A stretch of 64,000 nucleotides of DNA from Auanema rhodensis (lineage: Eukaryota > Animalia > Nematoda), in NCBI GenBank assembly GCA_964057225.1, contig OZ059895.1, positions 3,658,001-3,722,000 of the forward strand. The letters run 5' to 3'. Under the pieces are notes generated by a model that did not search any database, was not told the DNA's origin, and worked only from the letters and a program-made list of their open reading frames with translations. Of the stretch, positions 53,901 through 64,000 are shown piece by piece. How positions within the stretch are numbered: the first letter of the stretch is position 1; every line of letters begins with the position of its first letter. The translations under genes and the position numbers were made by a program.

Positions 53901-56090
53901 TGTGACCACATTCCAATTTTTTTGTATCTATCTTGTAAAGATAGTGATATATCATATGTTGAACACTATGTTGGAAAGATTTTAATTCAGATTTTTTCAA
54001 CTTTCACTCAGTTTGTTTTCTAAACTTTGATTAAGAACCTTGTTGTTTGTACACCCATAAAATATACGCAGCACAGGTTACCCTTAAATAATGAACTGAC
54101 CGACTAATCAGACATGGATCTTCCCAAGTTCTGTTGCTTGAATGGATGTTTTCCTACGTAGGCTAGTAAAACATGCCCTTCAAAGCATCAGAACATGTGA
54201 TCACATTCCAATTTTTTTGTATCTATCTTGTAAAGATAGTAATATATCATATGTTGAACACTATGTTGGAAAGATTTTAATTCAGATTTTCTAACTTTTA
54301 TTCAGTTTGTTTTTTAAACTTTGATTAAGAACTTTGATTTTTGTACACCCATAAATTATACGCAGCACAGGTTACCCTTAAATAATGAACTGACCGACTA
54401 ATCAGACATGGATCTTTCCTAGTTCTGTTGCTTGAATGGATGTTTTCCTACGTAGGCTAGTAAAACATGCCCTTCAAAGCATCAGAACATGTGATCACAT
54501 TCCAATTTTTTTGTATCTATTTTGTAAAGATAGTAATAAACTTTGATTTTTGTACACCCATAAATTTTACGCAGCACAGGTTACCCTTAAATAATGAACT
54601 GACCGACTAATCAGACATGGATCTTTCCAAGTTCTGTTGCTTGAACGGATGTTTTCCTACGTAGGCTAGTAAAACATGCCCTTCAAAGCATCAGAACATG
54701 TGACCACATTCCAATTTTTTTGTATCTATCTTGTAAAGATAGTGATATATCATATGTTGAACACTATGTTGGAAAGATTTTAATTCAGATTTTTTCAACT
54801 TTCACTCAGTTTGTTTTCTAAACTTTGATTAAGAACCTTGTTGTTTGTACACCCATAAATTATACGCAGCACAGGTTACCCTTAAATAATGAACTGACCG
54901 ACTAATCAGACATGGATCTTTCCTAGTTCTGTTGCTTGAATGGATGTTTTCCTACGTAGGCTAGTAAAACATGCCCTTCAAAGCATCAGAACATGTGATC
55001 ACATTCCAATTTTTTTGTATCTATTTTGTAAAGATAGTAATAAACTTTGATTTTTGTACACCCATAAATTTTACGCAGCACAGGTTACCCTTAAATAATG
55101 AACTGACCGACTAATCAGACATGGATCTTTCCAAGTTCTGTTGCTTGAACGGATGTTTTCCTACGTAGGCTAGTAAAACATGCCCTTCAAAGCATCAGAA
55201 CATGTGACCACATTCCAATTTTTTTGTATCTATCTTGTAAAGATAGTGATATATCATATGTTGAACACTATGTTGGAAAGATTTTAATTCAGATTTTTTC
55301 AACTTTCACTCAGTTTGTTTTCTAAACTTTGATTAAGAACCTTGTTGTTTGTACACCCATAAAATATACGCAGCACAGGTTACCCTTAAATAATGAACTG
55401 ACCGACTAATCAGACATGGATCTTTCCTAGTTCTGTTGCTTGAATGGATGTTTTCCTACGTAGGCTAGTAAAACATGCCCTTCAAAGCATCAGAACATGT
55501 GATCACATTCCAATTTTTTTGTATCTATCTTGTAAAGATAGTAATATATCATATGTTGAACACTATGTTGGAAAGATTTTAATTCAGATTTTCTAACTTT
55601 TAATCAGTTTGTTTTTTAAACTTTGATTAAGAACTTTGATTTTTGTACACCCATAAATTATACGCAGCACAGATTACCCTTAAATAATGAACTGACCGAC
55701 TAATCAGACATGGATCTTTCCTAGTTCTGTTGCTTGAATGGATGTTTTCCTACGTAGGCTAGTAAAACATGCCCTTCAAAGCATCAGAACATGTGACCAC
55801 ATTCCAATTTTTTTGTATCTATCTTGTAAAGATAGTAATAAACTTTGATTTTTGTACACCCATAAATTATACGCAGCACAGGTTACCCTTAAATAATGAA
55901 CTGACCGACTAATCAGACATGGATCTTTCCAAGTTCTGTTGCTTGAACGGATGTTTTCCTACGTAGGCTAGTAAAACATGCCCTTCAAAGCATGAGAACA
56001 TGTGATCACATTCCAATTTTTTTGTATCTATCTTGTAAAGATAGTAATATATCATATGTTGAACACTATGTTGGAAAGATTTTAATTCAG
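50942..56090 (+). repeat. Two tandem copies of a 10-monomer higher-order repeat (2604 bp)
   Basis: CTTTAATT at 51143/53747, CACAGATT at 53068/55672 and GCATGAG at 53390/55994; 2604 = 4x209 + 4x295 + 2x294. Confidence 0.93.
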
Positions 56091-56106
56091 ATTTTCGAAC
56101 TTTTAT

Positions 56107-56342
56107 ACGCAGCACAGGTTACCCTTAATTAATGAACTGACCGACTAATCAGACATGGATCTTTCCAAGTTCTGTTGCTTGAATGGATGTTTTCCTACGT
56201 AGGCTAGTAAAACATGCCCTTCAAAGCATCAGAACATGTGATCACATTCCAATTTTTTTGTATCTATCTTGTAAAGATAGTAATATATCATATGTTGAAC
56301 ACTATGTTGGAAAGATTTTAATTCAGATTTTCGAACTTTTAT
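56107..56342 (+). repeat. Representative 236-bp monomer, type D (type C with a 58-bp deletion)
   Basis: Junction CGAACTTTTAT|ACGCAGCAC; ACGCAG at 56107 and 56343 gives a period of 236. About 20 copies lie between 16430 and about 59510. Confidence 0.95.
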
Positions 56343-56620
56343 ACGCAGCACAGGTTACCCTTAATTAATGAACTGACCGACTAATCAGACATGGATCTTT
56401 CCTAGTTCTGTTGCTTGAATGGATGTTTTCCTACGTAGGCTAGTAAAACATGCCCTTCAAAGCATCAGAACATGTGATCACATTCCAATTTTTTTGTATC
56501 TATCTTGTAAAGATAGTAATATATCATATGTTGAACACTATGTTGGAAAGATTTTAATTCAGATTTTCTAACTTTTAATCAGTTTGTTTTTTAAACTTTG
56601 ATTAAGAACTTTGATTTTTG

Positions 56621-59052
56621 TACACCCATAAATTATACGCAGCACAGGTTACCCTTAAATAATGAACTGACCGACTAATCAGACATGGATCTTTCCTAGT
56701 TCTGTTGCTTGAATGGATGTTTTCCTACGTAGGCTAGTAAAACATGCCCTTCAAAGCATCAGAACATGTGATCACATTCCAATTTTTTCGTATCTATCTT
56801 GTAAAGATAGTAATAAACTTTGATTTTTGTACACCCATAAATTATACGCAGCACAGGTTACCCTTAAATAATGAACTGACCGACTAATCAGACATGGATC
56901 TTTCCTAGTTCTGTTGCTTGAATGGATGTTTTCCTACGTAGGCTAGTAAAACATGCCCTTCAAAGCATCAGAACATGTGATCACATTCCAATTTTTTTGT
57001 ATCTATCTTGTAAAGATAGTAATAAACTTTGATTTTTGTACACCCATAAATTATACGCAGCACAGGTTACCCTTAAATAATGAACTGACCGACTAATCAA
57101 ACATGGATCTTTCCTAGTTCTGTTGCTTGAATGGATGTTTTCCTATGTAGGCTAGTAAAACATGCCCTTCAAAGCATCAGAACATGTGATCACATTCCAA
57201 TTTTTTTGTATCTATTTTGTAAAGATAGTAATAAACTTTGATTTTTGTACACCCATAAATTTTACGCAGCACAGGTTACCCTTAAATAATGAACTGACCG
57301 ACTAATCAGACATGGATCTTTCCAAGTTCTGTTGCTTGAACGGATGTTTTCCTACGTAGGCTAGTAAAACATGCCCTTCAAAGCATCAGAACATGTGACC
57401 ACATTCCAATTTTTTTGTATCTATCTTGTAAAGATAGTGATATATCATATGTTGAACACTATGTTGGAAAGATTTTAATTCAGATTTTTTCAACTTTCAC
57501 TCAGTTTGTTTTCTAAACTTTGATTAAGAACCTTGTTGTTTGTACACCCATAAAATATACGCAGCACAGGTTACCCTTAAATAATGAACTGACCGACTAA
57601 TCAGACATGGATCTTTCCAAGTTCTGTTGCTTGAATGGATGTTTTCCTACGTAGGCTAGTAAAACATGCCCTTCAAAGCATCAGAACATGTGATCACATT
57701 CCAATTTTTTTGTATCTATCTTGTAAAGATAGTAATATATCATATGTTGAACACTATGTTGGAAAGATTTTAATTCAGATTTTCTAACTTTTAATCAGTT
57801 TGTTTTTTAAACTTTGATTAAGAACTTTGATTTTTGTACACCCATAAATTATACGCAGCACAGGTTACCCTTAAATAATGAACTGACCGACTAATCAGAC
57901 ATGGATCTTTCCTAGTTCTGTTGCTTGAATGGATGTTTTCCTACGTAGGCTAGTAAAACATGCCCTTCAAAGCATCAGAACATGTGATCACATTCCAATT
58001 TTTTCGTATCTATCTTGTAAAGATAGTAATAAACTTTGATTTTTGTACACCCATAAATTATACGCAGCACAGGTTACCCTTAAATAATGAACTGACCGAC
58101 TAATCAGACATGGATCTTTCCTAGTTCTGTTGCTTGAATGGATGTTTTCCTACGTAGGCTAGTAAAACATGCCCTTCAAAGCATCAGAACATGTGATCAC
58201 ATTCCAATTTTTTTGTATCTATCTTGTAAAGATAGTAATAAACTTTGATTTTTGTACACCCATAAATTATACGCAGCACAGGTTACCCTTAAATAATGAA
58301 CTGACCGACTAATCAAACATGGATCTTTCCTAGTTCTGTTGCTTGAATGGATGTTTTCCTACGTAGGCTAGTAAAACATGCCCTTCAAAGCATCAGAACA
58401 TGTGATCACATTCCAATTTTTTTGTATCTATTTTGTAAAGATAGTAATAAACTTTGATTTTTGTACACCCATAAATTTTACGCAGCACAGGTTACCCTTA
58501 AATAATGAACTGACCGACTAATCAGACATGGATCTTTCCAAGTTCTGTTGCTTGAACGGATGTTTTCCTACGTAGGCTAGTAAAACATGCCCTTCAAAGC
58601 ATCAGAACATGTGACCACATTCCAATTTTTTTGTATCTATCTTGTAAAGATAGTGATATATCATATGTTGAACACTATGTTGGAAAGATTTTAATTCAGA
58701 TTTTTTCAACTTTCACTCAGTTTGTTTTCTAAACTTTGATTAAGAACCTTGTTGTTTGTACACCCATAAAATATACGCAGCACAGGTTACCCTTAAATAA
58801 TGAACTGACCGACTAATCAGACATGGATCTTTCCTAGTTCTGTTGCTTGAATGGATGTTTTCCTACGTAGGCTAGTAAAACATGCCCTTCAAAGCATCAG
58901 AACATGTGATCACATTCCAATTTTTTTGTATCTATCTTGTAAAGATAGTAATATATCATATGTTGAACACTATGTTGGAAAGATTTTAATTCAGATTTTC
59001 TAACTTTTAATCAGTTTGTTTTTTAAACTTTGATTAAGAACTTTGATTTTTG
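56621..59052 (+). repeat. Two tandem copies of a 5-monomer higher-order repeat S-S-S-A-B (1216 bp)
   Basis: TCAAACATGG variant at 57100/58316; 1216 = 3x209 + 295 + 294. Confidence 0.9.
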
Positions 59053-62000
59053 TACACCCATAAATTATACGCAGCACAGGTTACCCTTAAATAATGAACT
59101 GACCGACTAATCAGACATGGATCTTTCCTAGTTCTGTTGCTTGAATGGATGTTTTCCTACGTAGGCTAGTAAAACATGCCCTTCAAAGCATCAGAACATG
59201 TGACCACATTCCAATTTTTTTGTATCTATCTTGTAAAGATAGTAATAAACTTTGATTTTTGTACACCCATAAATTATACGCAGCACAGGTTACCCTTAAA
59301 TAATGAACTGACCGACTAATCAGACATGGATCTTTCCAAGTTCTGTTGCTTGAACGGATGTTTTCCTACGTAGGCTAGTAAAACATGCCCTTCAAAGCAT
59401 CAGAACATGTGATCACATTCCAATTTTTTTGTATCTATCTTGTAAAGATAGTAATATATCATATGTTGAACACTATGTTGGAAAGATTTTAATTCAGATT
59501 TTCGAACTTTTATACGCAGCACAGGTTACCCTTAATTAATGAACTGACCGACTAATCAGACATGGATCTTTCCAAGTTCTGTTGCTTGAATGGATGTTTT
59601 CCTACGTAGGCTAGTAAAACATGCCCTTCAAAGCATCAGAACATGTGACCACATTCCAATTTTTTTGTATCTATCTTGTAAAGATAGTAATATATCATAT
59701 GTTGAACACTATGTTGGAAAGATTTTAATTCAGATTTTTTCAACTTTCACTCAGTTTGTTTTCTAAACTTTGATTAAGAACCTTGAGTTTTGTACACCCA
59801 TAAATTATACGCAGCACAGGTTACCCTTAAATAATGAACTGACCGACTAATCAGACATGGATCTTTCCAAGTTCTGTTGCTTGAACGGATGTTTTCCTAC
59901 GTAGGCTAGTAAAACATGCCCTTCAAAGCATCAGAACATGTGACCACATTCCAATTTTTTTGTATCTATCTTGTCAAGATAGTGATATATCATATGTTGA
60001 ACACTATGTTGGAAAGATTTTAATTCAGATTTTTTCAACTTTCACTCAGTTTGTTTTCTAAACTTTGATTAAGAACCTTGTTGTTTGTACACCCATAAAA
60101 AATACGCAGCACAGGTTACCCTTAAATAATGAACTGACCGACTAATCAGACATGGATCTTCCCAAGTTCTGTTGCTTGAATGGATGTTTTCCTACGTAGG
60201 CTAGTAAAACATGCCCTTCAAAGCATCAGAACATGTGATCACATTCCAATTTTTTTGTATCTATCTTGTAAAGATAGTAATATATCATATGTTGAACACT
60301 ATGTTGGAAAGATTTTAATTCAGATTTTCTAACTTTTTTTCAGTTTGTTTTTTAAACTTTGATTAAGAACTTTGTTTTTTGTACACCCATAAATTATACG
60401 CAGCACAGGTTACCCTTAAATAATGAACTGACCGACTAATCAGACATGGATCTTTTCTAGTTCTGTTGCTTGAATGGATGTTTTCCTACGTAGGCTAGTA
60501 AAACATGCCCTTCAAAGCATCAGAACATGTGATCACATTCCAATTTTTTTGTATCTATCTTGTAAAGATAGTAATAAACTTTGATTTTTGTACACCCATA
60601 AATTATACGCAGCACAGGTTACCCTTAAATAATGAACTGACCGACTAATCAAACATGGATCTTTCCTAGTTCTGTTGCTTGAATGGATGTTTTCCTACGT
60701 AGGCTAGTAAAACATGCCCTTCAAAGCATCAGAACATGTGATCACATTCCAATTTTTTTTGTATCTATTTTGTAAAGATAGTAATAAACTTTGATTTTTG
60801 TACACCCATAAATTTTACGCAGCACAGGTTACCCTTAAATAATGAACTGACCGACTAATCAGACATGGATCTTTCCTAGTTCTGTTGCTTGAATGGATGT
60901 TTTCCTACGTAGGCTAGTAAAACATGCCCTTCAAAGCATCAGAACATGTGATCACATTCCAATTTTTTTGTATCTATCTTGTAAAGATAGTAATATATCA
61001 TATGTTGAACACTATGTTGGAAAGATTTTAATTCAGATTTTTTCAACTTTCACTCAGTTTGTTTTCTAAACTTTGATTAAGAACCTTGTTGTTTGTACAC
61101 CCATAAAATATAAGCAGCACAGGTTACCCTTAAATAATGAACTGACCGACTAATCAGACATGGATCTTCCCAAGTTCTGTTGCTTGAATGGATGTTTTCC
61201 TACGTAGGCTAGTAAAACATGCCCTTCAAAGCATCAGAACATGTGATCACATTCCAATTTTTTTGTATCTATCTTGTAAAGATAGTAATATATCATATGT
61301 TGAACACTATGTTGGAAAGATTTTAATTCAGATTTTCTAACTTTTTTTCAGTTTGTTTTTTAAACTTTGATTAAGAACTTTGATTTTTGTACACCCATAA
61401 ATTATACGCAGCACAGGTTACCCTTAAATAATGAACTGACCGACTAATCAGACATGGATCTTTCCTAGTTCTGTTGCTTGAATGGATGTTTTCCTACGTA
61501 GGCTAGTAAAACATGCCCTTCAAAGCATCAGAACATGTGATCACATTCCAATTTTTTTGTATCTATCTTGTAAAGATAGTAATAAACTTTGATTTTTGTA
61601 CACCCATAAATTATACGCAGCACAGGTTACCCTTAAATAATGAACTGACCGACTAATCAAACATGGATCTTTCCTAGTTCTGTTGCTTGAATGGATGTTT
61701 TCCTACGTAGGCTAGTAAAACATGCCCTTCAAAGCATCAGAACATGTGATCACATTCCAATTTTTTTGTATCTATTTTGTAAAGTTAGTAATAAACTTTG
61801 ATTTTTGTACACCCATAAATTTTACGCAGCACAGGTTACCCTTAAATAATGAACTGACCGACTAATCAGACATGGATCTTTCCTAGTTCTGTTGCTTGAA
61901 TGGATGTTTTCCTACGTAGGCTAGTAAAACATGCCCTTCAAAGCATCAGAACATGTGATCACATTCCAATTTTTTTGTATCTATTTTGTAAAGATAGTAA

Positions 62001-64000
62001 TAAACTTTGATTTTTGTACACCCATAAATTTTACGCAGCACAGGTTACCCTTAAATAATGAACTGACCGACTAATCAGACATGGATATTTCCTAGTTCTG
62101 TTGCTTGAATGAATGTTTTCCTACGTAGGCTAGTAAAACATGCCCTTCAAAGCATCAAAACATGTGATCACATTCCAATTTTTTTGTATCTATCTTGTAA
62201 AGATAGTAATATATCATATGTTGAACACTATGTTGGAAAGATTTTAATTCAGATTTTTTCAACTTTCACTCAGTTTGTTTTCTAAACTTTGATTAAGAAC
62301 CTTGTTGTTTGTACACCCATAAAATATAAGCAGCACAGGTTACCCTTAAATAATGAACTGACCGACTAATCAGACATGGATCTTCCCAAGTTCTGTTGCT
62401 TGAATGGATGTTTTCCTACGTAGGCTACTAAAACATGCCCTTCAAAGCATCAGAACATGTGATCACATTCCAATTTTTTTGTATCTATCTTGTAAAGATA
62501 GTAATAAACTTTGATTTTTGTACACCCATAAATTATACGCAGCACAGGTTACCCTTAAATAATGAACTGACCGACTAATCAGACATGAATCTTTCCTAGT
62601 TCTGTTGCTTGAATGGATGTTTTCCTACGTAGGCTAGTAAAACATGCCCTTCAAAGCATCAGAACATGTGATCACATTCCAATTTTTTTGTATCTATCTT
62701 GTAAAGATAGTAATAAACTTTGATTTTTGTACACCCATAAATTATACGCAGCACAGGTTACCCTTAAATAATGAACTGACCGACTAATCAAACATGGATC
62801 TTTCCTAGTTCTGTTGCTTGAATGGATGTTTTCCTACGTAGGCTAGTAAAACATGCCCTTCAAAGCATCAGAACATGTGATCACATTCCAATTTTTTTGT
62901 ATCTATTTTGTAAAGATAGTAATAAACTTTGATTTTTGTACACCCATAAATTTTACGCAGCACAGGTTACCCTTAAATAATGAACTGACCGACTAATCAG
63001 ACATGGATCTTTCCTAGTTCTGTTGCTTGAATGGATGTTTTCCTACGTAGGCTAGTAAAACATGCCCTTCAAAGCATCAGAACATGTGATCACATTCCAA
63101 TTTTTTTGTATCTATTTTGTAAAGATAGTAATAAACTTTGATTTTTGTACACCCATAAATTTTACGCAGCACAGGTTACCCTTAAATAATGAACTGACCG
63201 ACTAATCAGACATGGATCTTTCCTAGTTCTGTTGCTTGAATGGATGTTTTCCTACGTAGGCTAGTAAAACATGCCCTTCAAAGCATCAGAACATGTGATC
63301 ACATTCCAATTTTTTTGTATCTATCTTGTAAAGATAGTAATATATCATATGTTGAACACTATGTTGGAAAGATTTTAATTCAGATTTTCGAACTTTTATT
63401 CAGTTTGTTTTTTAAACTTTGATTAAGAACTTTGATTTTTGTACACCCATAAATTATACGCAGCACAGGTTACTCTTAATTAATGAACTGACCGACTAAT
63501 CAGACATGGATCTTTCCAAGTTCTGTTGCTTGAACGGATGTTTTCCTACGTAGGCTAGTAAAACATGCCCTTCAAAGCATCAGAACATGTGACCACATTC
63601 CAATTTTTCTGTATCTATCTTGTAAAGATAGTAATAAACTTTGATTTTTGTACACCCAAAATTATTATACGCAGCACAGGTTACCCTTAAATAATGAACT
63701 GACCGACTAATCAGACATGGATGTTTCCTAGTTCTGTTGCTTGAATGGATGTTTTCCTACGTAGGCTAGTAAAACATGCCCTTCAAAGCATCAGAACATG
63801 TGATCACATTCCAATTTTTTTGTATCTATCTTGTAAAGATAGTAATAAACTTTGATTTTTGTACACCCATAAATTATACGCAGCACAGGTTACCCTTAAA
63901 TAATGAACTGACCGACTAATCAGACATGAATCTTTCCTAGTTCTGTTGCTTGAATGGATGTTTTCCTACGTAGGCTAGTAAAACATGCCCTTCAAAGCAT

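Larger units (their letters stand above)
1..64000. repeat. Satellite DNA array of about 240-250 head-to-tail monomers (295/294-bp basic unit plus 209, 236, 306 and 151-bp variants), extending beyond both window edges
   Basis: TACACCCATAAA recurs at 1, 296, 591, 800, 1095, 1390, 1696 and onward to the end. No unique sequence or orientation switch was seen. Copy number is estimated from a mean unit of about 260 bp. Confidence 0.99.

Noticed and set aside
60751-60761. T8 instead of T7 tract
   Set aside because: A single homopolymer length change cannot be distinguished from sequencing error.
3299-63422. Eleven 60-86 aa ORFs (MDVFLRRLVKH... and minus-strand ...KSELKSFQHSVQH...)
   Set aside because: These are chance frames in the repeat unit. 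Their length depends on which indel variant follows, the ATG is lost in the many GAACGG copies, the frame is truncated in S units, and no domain is recognisable.
1-64000. CRISPR-like array (palindromic repeat plus variable spacer)
   Set aside because: The variable parts are homologous variants of a single sequence rather than unique spacers. Units are over 200 bp and there are no cas genes.

Overview
The whole 64-kb window is one uninterrupted head-to-tail tandem repeat array, most consistent with eukaryotic satellite DNA (possibly centromeric or pericentromeric; organism not identifiable from sequence alone). It holds roughly 240-250 near-identical monomers in one orientation, about 32% GC in the first monomer. 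The monomer occurs in discrete length classes: 295 bp (A), 294 bp (B, C), 209 bp (S, lacking an 85-86 bp AT-rich segment), 236 bp (D, 58-bp deletion), 306 bp (12-bp duplication) and a single 151-bp unit. These are arranged in local higher-order repeats and block duplications (periods 1216, 1537, 2335, 2604, 3309, 4016 and 4792 bp), with variant composition shifting along the window. I found no credible protein-coding gene, rRNA, tRNA, CRISPR array or transposon insertion; the listed ORFs are chance frames in the repeat. The most notable internal feature is a core of about 130 bp kept in every length variant: a 67-nt imperfect hairpin, a 12-bp palindrome, an AA-T7-G tract and a short stem-loop. 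Common polymorphisms in this core fall mostly at unpaired or G-U-compatible positions.
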